Source: Chiloscyllium plagiosum
Lineage: Eukaryota
Length of the DNA stretch: 64,000 nt
Direction of reading: 5' to 3'
Assembly: GCF_004010195.1 (NCBI RefSeq)
Contig: NC_057752.1
Span: 5,837,904-5,901,903 of the forward strand
Of the stretch, positions 13,330 through 25,310 are shown one piece after another (the first letter of the stretch is position 1; each line of letters begins with the position of its first letter). The notes beneath the pieces are model-generated. The model was not told the origin of the DNA. It searched no databases and was given only the letters and a program-made list of their open reading frames with translations. The translations under genes were made by a program, and so were the position numbers.

Positions 13330-13364
13330 CACTAGCTTTCGGAGTGACGCTCCTTCATCAGGTG
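13330..13364 (-). ncRNA. Minimal type-I hammerhead ribozyme motif (family B)
   Basis: Reverse complement reads CAC-CTGATGA-A-GGAGC-gtc-ACTCC-GAAAGCTA-GTG. Confidence 0.72.
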
Positions 13365-13375
13365 ATTGTCACAAT

Positions 13376-13410
13376 CATCTGATGAAGGAGCGTCGCTCCG
13401 AAAGCTAGTG
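13376..13410 (+). ncRNA. Minimal type-I hammerhead ribozyme motif (family B)
   Basis: CAT-CTGATGA-A-GGAGC-gtc-GCTCC-GAAAGCTA-GTG. Confidence 0.78.
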
Positions 13411-13515
13411 TGCTTCCAATTAAACCTGTTGGACTATAACCTGGTGTTGTGTGATTTTTAACTTTGTACACCCCAGTCCAACACCGGCATCTCCAAATCA
13501 TGACTAGGATCCCAG

Positions 13516-13935
13516 AATTGTTATGGCGCAGAGGGATGCCACTCAGCCCATTGTGTCTGCCAGACCTTGAAGTAAGCATCATTATCCAGTGCCAATCTCC
13601 AGCCTTTTCCTCATATCTTCGCACACTATTTCTATCCAAATAACCATCCAATCCCCTTTTGAATGCTTCACTTGAACCTGCCCTCGCCACATTTCCAGGC
13701 AGTGCCTTCCAGGTCCTAACTACTTACTGGGTGAGAAATGTTTTCCTCACATCACCCTTGCTTCTTTTGCACATCGCTTTAACTTTATGCCCCTCTGATT
13801 TTTGTTTCTTTTATGAGGAGGAACAGTTTCTCCCAAATTATACTGTCCAGCTCCCGCTCATGATTTTCAAAAACCTCTATCAAATCTCCTTTCAGCCACC
13901 TTCTCTCCTGGGAAAACAATCCCAACTCTTTCCTT
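13516..13935 (-). mobile_element. Degenerate CR1 3' fragment
   Basis: Minus strand AGSSEAFKRGLDGYL. Confidence 0.7.
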
Positions 13936-14152
13936 GTGCCAGTCTTCTTTTCAGGGTGGAGCTGATCTTAGGAATAGGAAGCTGGCACTCCTCAGGGGAT
14001 TGGGCATGGGAAGATGGGGACGGAGTTGGTGCTTCTCAGTGGGGCCAGTATCTGTGGATGCAACGTTTAGTCCCATTCTTCTGAAAGCCAATCATCAATT
14101 GTATCCATGATTTAGACGTCATTTACAACAACAATTTAAACTTTCAGAGTGA

Positions 14153-14917
14153 GTTTTGAGAAGATTTGTAGCTCAGGTTGAGCTGAGCTGGAAGGTTCAA
14201 AAAGAACGGGTACCCAATGAACACAGTCTGCCCATATCTCATTAACAAACCCCAACAAGCAGACAAAACACGTCCAGAAACCCTAACCACTCTCCCCTAC
14301 ATCAAAGACATCTCAGAAATGACTGCCAGACTACTCAGACCCCTTGGCATCATGATAGCCCACAAACCCACCAACACACTAAAACAGCAGCTAATGAACT
14401 TGAAAGACCCGATACAGACAACAAGCAAAACATTTACAAAATACCTTGCAAGAACTGCAACAAACACTACACTGGACAGGCAGAAAACTAGCCACCAGGA
14501 TACATGAACACCAATTAGCTACAAAACGACATGACCCTCTCTCACTAGTGTCTTTACATACAGATAAGGAAGGACACCACTTCGACTGGGACAACACATC
14601 CATCTTAGGACAAGCCAAACAGAGACACACACGAGAATTCCTCAAAGCATGGCATTCCAACCAGAACTCTATCAACAAACACATTGAGTTAGACTCCATT
14701 TACCACACCCTGAGAAAAAGAACAGGAAATGGCAACACCACAGGAAATGACATCACCACTGGAAATGACATCACCAACCCAAAGAAACCCAAGCACATAA
14801 ATAGAAAGCAGGAATCATGTACAGTGCTTCGCCTGAGGCCCACTGAAGATGTTACTGAGTAGGGTGATGAAACGTCTGGAAATGAACCTTCCAGCTCAGC
14901 GAGCAAACCTACATCCA
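14153..14917 (+). mobile_element. Penelope-like element family C, 3' part with short inverted 5' terminus
   Basis: TLPYIKDISEMTARLLRPLGI..HKPTNTL; GRKLATRIHEHQ..H..HHFDWDN..REFL.AWHS (GIY-YIG C-terminus); 14182-14199 is the reverse complement of 14883-14900. Confidence 0.9.
14840..14879 (+). ncRNA. Minimal type-I hammerhead ribozyme motif (family C)
   Basis: CCA-CTGAAGA-T-GTTAC-tgagtagg-GTGAT-GAAACGTC-TGG. Confidence 0.75.
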
Positions 14918-15189
14918 TTACACTTCCATAGTGCTGTCAACGTAATTATGAATATACGGACGTGCTTCACAGGAACATTGTAAAACAAAATTAGAAACTG
15001 AGCCACATAATGAATGCTATTTTATCCTGGATACACATTCGCCTGCATTTCAGCCACAAGTTATTTTATAGCCTAAGTAACTAGGTTAAAAATATACAAA
15101 TATGTAACACCAATGTAGTAAGTAAAACAAATACCTTCAGCAGGGAACAGGGAATGAAGTATTAAAGGAAAGAATATTGAATTAAAACC

Positions 15190-15380
15190 ATTGCATTTCC
15201 TTCACTGTCACTGGGCCAAAATTCTGGAATTCCCTCCCTAAGGGCATTGTGGGTCAACCTACAGCACAAGGACTGCAAAGGTTCAAGAAGGCAGCTCACC
15301 CCCACCTTCTCAAGGGCAACTGAGGATGGGCAATTAATATGGGGCCTGGAACATCGCTGCCTGGGTCAGCAAGTGAACAA
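15190..15380 (+). mobile_element. 3' end of a CR1/L2-clade LINE (same family as 23495-24245)
   Basis: TGGAATTCCCTCCCTAAGGGCATTGTGGGTCAACCTACAGCA..TTCAAGAAGGCAGC. Confidence 0.75.
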
Positions 15381-15939
15381 ATAAAACTCAAATTGCAAAG
15401 CAGTACACAATTCTGACATAGCATGCATCAAATTACAGACAGTGTTCATCACTTATGTACATTATCAAGGACTCTCAACAAGTATGCAATAGGAATATAT
15501 CAGCACCTTTCCATCCTGCATCTTACAGGGTTGAGTATAGTTGAATCGCTGAGTGGTCTTGATTGGACCAGGTGTGATCGTGCGAACCATCTCTGAAGTT
15601 GGGGCGATCGCACTAGGGATTTTCCAAATGTAGTACCATCATGAACCCTCTAGTCTGCTAACTTTCAATCTTTACAGCATGAAGGGCATTGTCATATGAC
15701 TGGGAACCTAAGGAGCTATAAGTGGAGGTAATCAAATGCTTGATCAAAGAATTGGGTATTGAGGAGGATGAAAGTGAGGTAAGGAAGTGTAAGGAGGGAA
15801 TTCCAGAGCTTGAGGCTTGGGCAGCTAAAGATATGGTCACCAATGCTGCAGCAACTCAAATCAGGATGACTAAGAGGCCAGAATTAGAGGAGTGCAAATA
15901 TCTCTGAGAGCTGTGAGGCTGAAGACGTTCACAGAGATA

Positions 15940-16158
15940 TGATTCGGAGATGCTGGTGTTGGACTGGGGTGTACAAAGTTAAAAATCACACAACACCAGG
16001 TTATAGTCCAACAGGTTTAATTGGAAGCACACTAGCTTTTGGAGCGACGCTCCTTCATCAGGTGATTGTGTCACCTGATGAAGGAGCGTCGCTCCGAAAG
16101 CTAGTGTGCTTCCAATTAAACCTGTTGGACTATAACCTGGTGTTGTGTGATTTTTAAC
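15940..16158. mobile_element. PLE family B hairpin insertion
   Basis: Inverted arms; perfect 12-bp TSD TTCACAGAGATA at 15928-15939 and 16159-16170. Confidence 0.9.
16072..16106 (+). ncRNA. Minimal type-I hammerhead ribozyme motif (family B, intact)
   Basis: CAC-CTGATGA-A-GGAGC-gtc-GCTCC-GAAAGCTA-GTG. Confidence 0.8.
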
Positions 16159-17593
16159 TTCACAGAGATAGGGAGGGGGGTGGGAAAGGCTTTGCATGGA
16201 TTTGAAAACAAGAATGGCAGCTTTCAAATTGAGGCCTACTCTCATGAAACATTAACCCTGTTTCTCTCCATAGGTGCTGCCTGTCCTGATACGTTTTTTT
16301 CAACTTCAGATTCCCAACATCTGTGGTGTCTCATTTCTGTATTCATGTGAAATCAGGGCATGGCTTAAGTGGAAGCCAGTGTAGGGGGTCAGAGGGCCTG
16401 CTTTGATTTGATTTGATTGGCATGAGACAGGGTGGGTAAAGGGTGAACAGGACTCAGTGACTGTTAGGAGATGGGCAGCAGAGTTTTGGATGAATGTGGG
16501 AGACCAGCCAGGAGTGTGTTACAGAGTTGAATATGTGAGGGAAGCCAGCCATGCAGTGTTGCCTCTTCACAGTAAAAATACACACTGATGTGCCCCTGGA
16601 AAACCCAGTGCTTGCCATTTTGCCAGTGAAAGTATTTCCTGCATGTTGCCTTGATGTGGCAGACCTTGCCTGTGGTGGATCAGAAGGATGTGGTAGCTAG
16701 AACATTTTATACCCTGCTAATCTTTTCTTTCGGCAGTGTTTCAAATATTCCCTGTTCCAGATGTTGTCTGCAGATTATCCTGCAGGAGAGTATAGAACTC
16801 TGGGACTGCTGATCCTTTGACACATGGACAGAAGGTTCTGGTGTGGTCTCTAACACCGTCCTCTGGACTTGACACAGAGAGGGAGAGGGAGAGAGAAGAA
16901 AGTCAACGGATCTCCCTTTGACTACTTAACCCCAGGCTGACTGATCCTGGCAGCTCTCAGCTGCCTCTGGAAGGGTCATGGGATAGGTACCAAAACAGAA
17001 TGCAAGAACATCTTTTGTCCTCTAAGCTTTACAGAAATGCCCTCTGCTCCCTCCATTTGTGGGCAGCATCCCCTGCGTTCTTTCTGCTTCACTTCCATTC
17101 ACAATTGAAACCTAATAAAATGCCAATGTTATTTGCCAGGAAATTTTATCCTGGGATCAAAATTATGCTTGGATCAGGCTTTCGATAAAAGCTGCAGTTA
17201 AAGATAGCCAATTTGCAAATCTTTGTACCACAGCCCATTTAATCATTCAGCAATTCAATCGAAACAAAACCAACATCAGAATACTTTTAACAAAAACATA
17301 TTTTACACAAAAGTGATTAGACTCTTGAACTGTGCTGCTGTTTCTGAATAAAATTTGGCACTGGATAGGTTACACTTAGTCTGCTGAGCATTAAAAGCAT
17401 ATGGTCAAGCAATATTTTATGCTCAGGAATTGAACCCTATGAAATGAATTGGGACACAGTTTGGTATATTGGAATTTTGCACTTCAGCTAGGTATGTGTG
17501 GAATTGAGTTCAGTGGTCCTTCTCCGAGTTAGTAGGGAGACTCCTGCACTAATAACCTGTGGTGAGTGGATAGACATTTGTTATCATGGAACT

Positions 17594-17858
17594 GGGTGAG
17601 AGGGAAAAGATATAAAAGGGACCTAAGGGACAACTTTTTAACGCAGAGGGTGATGCATGTATGGAATGAGCTGCCAGAGGAAGTGGTGGAGGCTGGTACA
17701 ATTACAGCATTTAAAAGGCATCTGGATGGGTATATGGATAGGAAGGGTGTAGAGGGCCAAATGCTGGCAAATGGGCTGTTAGGTTGGGATATCTGATTAG
17801 CATGGATACGTTGGACCAAAGGGTCTGCTTCCATGCTGTACTGATCTGTGACTCTATG
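17594..17858 (+). mobile_element. CR1 3' end fragment
   Basis: RGKRYKRDLRDNFLTQRVMHVWNELPEEVV followed by the tail. Confidence 0.9.
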
Positions 17859-17989
17859 ATCATAGTTTTAATAATTTCATGGTTATAAATGCACCTCTAG
17901 GAAAACTTTATTCAACTATTTTTCTTTTCCTTTGGCAAGTTTAAAATACCAGGTAAATAAACATAACTGTTGTGCACTGGAGGTTAGAG

Positions 17990-18300
17990 CTTCAGGCTCC
18001 CCCTGAGCAGTTCAGTGCAAAATCTACAGCGCAGTCCTGAGGGAGGGCTGCCTTGTTGGAGGTGCCATCTTTTAGTTGAGATGATAAACAGAAGCCTCCG
18101 GCTGTGTGGGTGAATGCAAGGATGACGTTATTTGAAGTGGAAAGGAGAACTGTCCTTGCAGCTCACTGCTGTGGGTATGATCTTGCTGTGTTCAAATTAG
18201 TTGTCCCATTTGCCTGCATCTTAACAATTCCACACTAATTATTGGCCTTACAGGTGTCTGGGAGATCCTAAGGGCATCCTGAAGTGTTACGAAAATGCAA
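17990..18300 (+). mobile_element. Degenerate SacSINE1-like DeuSINE
   Basis: Deu-domain-like CTGAGGGAGGGCTGC..GGAGGTGCCATCTTT..GAGATGATAAAC. Confidence 0.55.
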
Positions 18301-18836
18301 AGCTCTGTCTCTCTCTTAACATTTCGACTCTCACAAGGTCAGGAGAGGTTACTGCTGTTCTGAGCCAACCCTTTTGTTTGCAGCTTATATGTCCTGTGAC
18401 ACTGCAACAGATGAAATTGAGATGTTGTGAATATCTTCATCCATGCAGCATTCACCCTCAATTATAAAAATGGCCTTGCAAAGCAATTTTAGTGAGAACA
18501 AAAGCACCTTTTCTTTTTGCTTATCCTGTTTCAGTTAATGAGGTGCAGATTTTGGACAAATCAATTGAGGTACATTGTTAGGTTATAATAACTATGATAT
18601 TGATCAATAATGCATTCCTTTAAAATCAGTGCTAAAGGAAAATGTATGCTTCATATATCAGAGAACAACACTGCTGCATTGTCGTAAACAACAGAGTTGA
18701 TTTCCACACCGTAATCTCCCACAAATGATGTAATAGTGACAGGATCGACATTGTTAAGCTGCTGGTTGAAGTATTACATGTTGATCCATAAACTGGGTGA
18801 TCTTAGCTGTCCTTCTTCAGACAATGAGATCTTTTA

Positions 18837-19059
18837 TGATTAGAATAGTGCTGGAAAAGCACAGCAGGTCAGGCAGCATTCGAGGAGCAGGAAAATCGAC
18901 ATTTCGGGCAAAAGCCCTTCATCAGGAATGAGTTGATGACGGCTTTTGCCCGAAACATCAATTTTCCTGCTCCTCAGATGCTGCCTGACCTGCTATGCTT
19001 TTCCAGCACCACTCTAATCTTGACTCTATTCTCCAGTATCTGCAGTACCCACTTTTGCC
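18837..19059. mobile_element. PLE family A hairpin insertion with minus-strand hammerhead (18894-18929)
   Basis: Inverted arms; perfect 15-bp TSD CAATGAGATCTTTTA at 18822-18836 and 19060-19074. Confidence 0.9.
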
Positions 19060-19214
19060 CAATGAGATCTTTTAAGCCTAAGTATCAGTTCTTTTGACAA
19101 ATGACATTATACTGCAGCAAGCTAAATATTTACAGTGTTACAAAGACATGGTTCAGCAGGACTCTATTAAAACCTCTCCCATCAGGTCCCTGCTCCATGT
19201 CATTTTTTGAAAAA

Positions 19215-19610
19215 AAATCATTGGGCATGGATATTTATTGCCCAGAGGGCAGTTGAGACTCAACCACATTGCTGTGACTCATTGCAGGCCCAAGTGAGGA
19301 TTGCTTTCACAGAAAGGCCTTTAGTGAACCAGGTGGGTTTTAAACTACAGAGGTTATAATTAGATTAGCAGATTTCTTTAAAACTGAACTCAAATTTCAC
19401 CATCTTCCACAGTAGGATTCAAAATCACACCCCCAGAATGTTAGAATAAAGCGAAGAACTGCAACTGCTGGAAATCTGAAACATAAACAGAAATTGCTGG
19501 AGAAACTCAGAACGTCTGGCAGCATCTCTGGGAAGAAAGCAAAGTTAATGTTAGTCCGGATTCTAGATTACTAGGCTAGTATCATACCACTGTGTCACTG
19601 CCTCTGCTTA
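19215..19610 (-). mobile_element. Second-family tRNA SINE interrupted by a PLE family D terminus (about 19445-19550)
   Basis: Homology to 31010-31345 and to the family D arms. Confidence 0.6.
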
Positions 19611-19993
19611 ACTGACATATCTATTGAGGTATACTATTAGCATAACAGCAATTAACCCCCTTATGATATATTTTATGCCTACCTACAATTATTGACGGTG
19701 AAGAGATGTCCAAGTGGCTAAAGGGGGATATTCACAAAGAAATGTATTCACCATGTAAACTTAAGTGATGGTTGGTCTGATGTGAAAGTTGACCCCTGAT
19801 GTTTGCCCAAAAACTAATTTGTTTTTCATATACAGCATGTGAGTGTTAACCACTGATTATGCCAGAAAATCCAAGCTTCTTGTACTTGCCATCTGCTTGC
19901 TGCTGAGGTCTCACTCTCCCTGGTGCAAACCTACTCGAAAGAATTGTAGCTCACCATTCAAGATGCTGTTCAGCTCCTCTTGCCTGTGCACAG

Positions 19994-20100
19994 CCGAAAC
20001 GTCGATTCTCCTGGTCCTCGGATGCTGCCTGACCTGCTTTGCTTTTCCAGCACCACATTCTCGACTGTGATCTGCAGTATCTGCAGTTCTCATTTTTCCC
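19994..20100 (+). mobile_element. PLE family A 3' terminus, single arm
   Basis: CCGAAACGTCGATTCTCCTG..GGATGCTGCCTGACCTGC..CTGCAG. Confidence 0.8.
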
Positions 20101-20274
20101 TCCTGAATGCATTAGAGTTCAAGAAACCGAAGAAGAACGTTGGATTTTGGAGAAGCTCTCTACACAGTTTAGGCAGATGCTGAAGAATAAACCTGCAAAC
20201 AGTGGAAAACCTAGGGTGAGAGGGAAGTGATGGGAGCAGGGGGTTACATTCTCTCTCTAATGTTACTACTTTTT

Positions 20275-22699
20275 TTTATATAGATATTTTTATTGAAAAT
20301 TTAACATGTTTTTACACGTTTACAAAAGAAAACTAAAAAAAACCAAAGTATAAACATTGATATACAATTAAATCTTAAATAAATAATAACCAAAATCTAT
20401 CAAACAGAAAAAAAAGAAATACTGAGAGAGAAAAAACAAAACTCAACTAACTACTCATCTAACTAACTAACCAGAGTGTATGATTAAAACTCTTACATTA
20501 TTCATGAGAAAAAAAAACGGGTAACACAGAAATTGAGTAGTGTTAGCATCAGATCACAACAAAACCCGTATTCGTGCGGGATTCCTCTCCTAAGGGGCCC
20601 TGCACCAGCCAGGTTCACCCTCTCAATTAAATGAAGACCCTTGTTAGGATGACCGAGATATCTGTATTTGTGTAATTCAAGAAGGGCTGCCATATTTTAT
20701 GGAGTAATTCTTTTTTTTTTTGGTGCACCGTATTTGTAAGGAAGTCAGGGGGAGTATATTCCATAATTATTCTGTGCCAACTCGAAAGTCCATAAGGGCC
20801 CTCAGCCACCCAGTTTACCAAAATGTTTCTCCTTGCACAGAGAGAGAGAATGGAAAATAATCTCTTCCCTGTCGTAATTTCAGGTGTTCTTTATCCAATA
20901 AATGTGTCTCCAAAGGAGAGTTATATCAACCCTTCTTTCTTGAGGTTTGATAATATTTTCTTCCTTTTGATTGGTGAATTACTCCCCGTGACATTCCAGG
21001 TGCACCATTTAATCAACCGATTACCCATAATCACCAGGTAAGTCCGAGACCCCTCGGAGGAGAAACCCTATCCAAAACATCCCGAGCATAGACCATATAA
21101 AATTCACAAAAATAAAGGCTCTTTAATACACTCAGATCAATATAATAAAAAACTATTTCTAAATAAAAAAATATAAAACATATTTAAACAGAGATCTTCC
21201 CCCTTATTCCCAGGAGGCATCACTTCCTTTCCAAAAACCCATCATAACCTCTCCCAACCAGTGCCCCACCCTTAACCCAGGCACCCCACAATAGGAGAAA
21301 GAGAATTCAAGTATACTACCGAGCTAGAATTAACAATGAGTACCCTACGCCCCCACCCCCCCGACCCACACCAATACCTGGATATATTTGGTAATATTAA
21401 TACCATATATGAACATATATGACTATAAAATTACAGTCTCAGCTAATAATAATTAAATATAGTAATACAGAATAACAGGGGAAAACAACCCCGCTCCTAA
21501 AGACAGAGATAAAATAGGATAAGGTAACCACCTTCCCCCCATCTACATTAACTAGACCACCTGGCCTATATATATATATATATATATGGGGAAGAAAATC
21601 GCGAAGTGAATAATAAATAAATAAACCCCTCTTCCCACCCCCGGAGATAATATTAAACAGTAAGGTATTGAAAGGAAACAAAAAAGGGGGTAAACTGGGG
21701 TGGGGGGAGGGCAAAACAACACCAATTAACACTTATAATTTATCTAAGAGAGTCCAAAAGTTCCTTGGCCTTCTCCGGTGATCCGAAGTTACACACGGAC
21801 CCTTCATGGCTGAAGCATAGCGTAGCTGGGTAACGCAAGGAGTACTGAATGTTTAAGTCCCTTAAACACTTCTTCGCTTCGTCAAACGCCTTCCTCTTTC
21901 AGACCAAAACTGGGGAAAAGTCCTGAAATAACATAATCTTGGATCCTTTATAAATCATGCTTGGGGATCTTTCCCCAGATTTCTGGAAGCTTCCAAGAGC
22001 ATCTGCCTCTCCTTGTAGGCCCATTCCACCCTTATCTGGCCTAATCCAGCCTCCAGATTTAACAGCTGTGGAAGCCACTGTTCGAGAAACGCTATAAACT
22101 GGCCTTCCTCTTCCCGTTCGGGAAGGCCCAGCAAATTAATATTTTTTCAACGACCTCGATTTTCGAGGTCGTCAATGTGATTCTCTAAGGTCCAGACTTG
22201 CTGTTCGAGAGTCCAGACCCGATCCATGGCTGATTCTGCTATAATCTCGGAGGTCGCGGCCTTTAGCTCCGCCCCTCTGACTTGGCGCTCGATATCCTCG
22301 ATGTCTCGGCCGTGCTTTTGTAGCGCGGCCGAGAGTGAATTCCATCGGCTTCGGGACTCTTCGATGAAGGCGTCAACCTTCGCATCGCGTTTAGAGATTA
22401 TTTCCGTGAGGCTCGCCACCGTAGGTAAGTCCCCTGGGGCGGCTACGGACGTCTCTGCTGCAGCTGGGGAGGGTGGGGGAGGGGCTCCTGCCTGCTGAGA
22501 ACTGCGGGCTCTCTTCCCCCTAGTCATTTTTACAGGAGAGTAGACTGTTTAAATTTAGTACTGAGCAACTAATTACATTGAGTAAAAACTATTTTAAATG
22601 ATTTGGTAAGTGTGGTGGAGGTGGGTGGCTCACTTTGCCCAAGTCTTGGGAGAAGCACTATAGACTCAGACTTGCTGAGTCGCTGCCATCTTGTATCCC
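20275..22699 (-). mobile_element. Non-autonomous, internally deleted L1 (ORF1 plus fused ORF2 ends; HAL1-like)
   Basis: TSD GTTACTACTTTTT at 20262-20274 and 22700-22712; 5' end CGGGATACAAGATGGC; ORF1; ORF2 N-terminus joined to C-terminus; AATAAA and poly(A). Confidence 0.88.
21740..22527 (-). pseudogene. L1 ORF1p (coiled coil, RRM, CTD), disrupted
   Basis: Coiled coil ending IDDLENRGR, then LLGLPE, FQDFSP, YSLRYPATL; stops, frameshifts and an apparent deletion in the RRM. Confidence 0.88.
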
Positions 22700-22829
22700 G
22701 TTACTACTTTTTGATTGAATAATTGTATTCGAAACTTGACTTGGACTTGAGCAGTATGAAAATGTATCTCATCACGTATAAAAATGGTAACTGTCAAGCA
22801 AAATAGTGTAACTATTCACACACATTGTA

Positions 22830-23490
22830 TGCACTTGGTTCAACAGGTAGCACACTCAGCTCAAAGGTGAAGATTAGGAGTTCAAGCCATGTTCCAGGAT
22901 TTCAATGTAACAATGCAGGTTGAAGGCGAAGGCCTTGAAATACTGGGCTTTTCATTGGATCTAGACTATCTCGTGGCACCATATCAAAGATGAGCACAGG
23001 AGTTTGTCCTGATCATATTTATCCTTCAATCAACATCACTAAAATAGATGACCAGGTCAATCATAATGTTGCCTGTGGAGTCTGCAATTCCTATGCTACA
23101 ACATGGGCGGCATGGTGGCTCAGTGGTTAGCACCGCTGCCTCGCAGAGCCAGGTTCGATTCCAGCCTTGGGCGACTGTCTGTGTGGAATTTGTACATTCT
23201 CCCCATGTCTGCTTGGGTTTCCTCCAGGTGCTCCGGTTTCCTCCCACAGTCCAAAGATGTGCAGGTTAGGGTGAATTGGCCATGCTAAATTGCCCATAGT
23301 GATAGGTGCATTACTATGGAGTAGGGGAATGGGTCTGGGTGGGTTACTCTTTGGAGGGTCGGTGTGGACTTCTTGGGCCAAAGGGCCTGTTTCCGCACTG
23401 TAGGGAATCTAATCTAATCTAATCTAACATTGGCTGTCCTTCAAAAGTAAAACATGTGGGATGTCTGGTGGAGGTGCTCTATAAATACTA
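22830..23490 (+). mobile_element. SacSINE1-like DeuSINE interrupted by an HE1 SINE
   Basis: TGGCAC.A..AAGA.GAGCA..GGAGTT..TCCTG..ATATTTATCC.TCAATCAACATCAC; resumes after 23426. Confidence 0.6.
23105..23425 (+). mobile_element. HE1-like V-SINE
   Basis: A/B boxes, V-domain, (AATCT)n tail; AACAT flanks both ends. Confidence 0.93.
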
Positions 23491-23494
23491 GGAA

Positions 23495-24245
23495 ATGACC
23501 ATCTCCGATAAGAGACCATCCAAACATTGCACCTTGACATTCAATGGTATCACCATCATTGAATCAATACCCCACTATCAACGTTCTCGGGGTTAAGTAT
23601 TTACCAGAAACTGAACTGGGCCAGCCACGTAAATACAGTGGCTACAAGAGCAGGGTCAGAGGCTGCGAATACTGCAGTGAGCAACTCACCTCCTCACTCC
23701 CCAAAGCCCGTCCACCATCTACAAAGCACAAGTCAGGAGTGTGATGGAATACTCCCCACTTGCCTGGATGGGTGCAGCTCCAACAACACTCAAGAATCTT
23801 TACACCATCCAGGACAAAGCAACCTGCTTGATTGGCACCACATCCATAAATATTCAGTCCCTCTCCCACCAACACTCAGGAGCAGCAGTGCGTTGCAACT
23901 ATAAGATGCACTGCAGAAATTCGCCAGGCTGCTTATACAGTGCCTTCCAAACCCATGGCCACTTCCGTTTAGAAGAGCAAGGGCAGCAGACACATGGGAA
24001 CACCACCCATGTGGTGTTCCCATGTGGCATGTCCCCCTCCAAGCCACTCACCATTCTGACTTGGAAATATATCATCATTCTGTCTGTGTCAAAATCCTGG
24101 AATTCCCTCCCTCAGGGCATTGTGAGTCAACCTACAGCATGTGGACTGCAGCGGTTCAAGAAGGCAGCCCACCACCACCTTCTTAAAGGCAAGTAGGGAT
24201 GGGCAATAAACACTGGCCCAGCCAACAGTGCCCACATCTCAGGAA
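23495..24245 (+). mobile_element. CR1/L2-clade LINE 3' part (probable partner of the second SINE family)
   Basis: YKAQVRSVMEYSPLAWMGAAPTTLKNL.TIQDKA.CLIG; WNSLP; FKKAAHHHLLKG; tail GGGATGGGCAATAAA. Confidence 0.85.
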
Positions 24246-24382
24246 AAAGTCTGGATGGTAGGCTGAGAAAACAAGACAAGGCTGGTTCCAAATCAATAAG
24301 TTGCTTTATCCCTCAGCAAGGAAGCAGTTTCTTATTTCAAAAATATATTTTATTCATAAAATATCTTTCTATACATACATAG

Positions 24383-24871
24383 CAAGTTTTGAGAAGATTT
24401 GTAGCTCAGATTGAGGTTCTGGATGTAAGTTTGCACGCTGAGCTGGGAGGTTCATTTTCAGACTTATCACCAGTGAAGTGCTGGTGTTATGTTCCGCTTT
24501 CTATTTATGTGTTTAGGTTTCCTTGGGTTGGTGGTGTCATTTCCTGTGGTGATGTCATCTCCTGTTTTTTTTCCCCAGAGGGTGGTAAATAGGGTCCAAG
24601 TCAATGTGTTTGCTGATAGAATTCAATTGGAATGTCATGCTTCTCTGAATTCTTGTACATGTCTCTGTTTGACTGGCCCTAGGATGGATGTGTTGTCCCA
24701 GTCGAAGTGGTGTTCTTCCACATCTGTATGGAAGGATATTAGTGATAGCAGGTCATGTCTTTTTGCGGCTAGTTGGTGTTCATGTAACCTGGTGGCTATG
24801 TTTCTGCCTGTTTGTCCAAGGTAGTGTTTGTTACAGTTCTTGCAAGGTATTTTGTAAATGACGTATATAAA
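24383..24871 (-). mobile_element. Penelope-like element family C, 5'-truncated, hammerhead deleted
   Basis: VIYKIPCKNCNKHYLGQTGRNIATRLHEHQ (GIY-YIG); 13-bp TSD TATACATACATAG at 24370-24382 and 24872-24884. Confidence 0.9.
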
Positions 24872-25310
24872 TATACATACATAGTCACTAAAGCAGTTCA
24901 GTTCTGTACAGTAGCATATGAAGTAACAAACATTGGAGTTTGACACTATCCGGCAAACAACCCAAAAGCATTTCTTACTTGTACAAGACTATATTTGCAT
25001 ACAATTGACACACTGGGAGGGTCTGATAACTGAACAGACTCCCATTTAACTTCGGCAGAAAGGCAGCAAGGAAGCGTGCAGAAGTAAAGCCAACATTGGG
25101 CTCACTCAGTTGAAACAATACAGCTCGTCTGCACATTCTCTTTTCCACTAACTTTTAAAGTCAACGTGGCCTCATCCAGTCTTATCCATCCAGACACCAG
25201 AGTGAGTTCAAAATAAGTGCAACAATGTAAATTGCTGCGTTTGAAATGCCTTTCTGATGAAGGGCTTCTCCACCTAGAAATCACAGTTGAGAACAGTTGC
25301 ATTGGTGTGA

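Larger units (their letters stand above)
13281..13502. mobile_element. PLE family B hairpin insertion with divergent hammerhead motifs
   Basis: Near-perfect inverted arms of about 90 bp; perfect 13-bp TSD ACTAGGATCCCAG at 13268-13280 and 13503-13515. Confidence 0.9.
15700..16540 (-). mobile_element. Degenerate L2-like fragment interrupted by a PLE hairpin
   Basis: Homologous to 4740-5300; continues on both sides of 15940-16158. Confidence 0.6.

Noticed and set aside
25254..25285. CTGATGAAGGGC...GAAA hammerhead-like string
   Set aside because: Stem II is weak and out of register, there is no palindrome or stem I, and no PLE flanks
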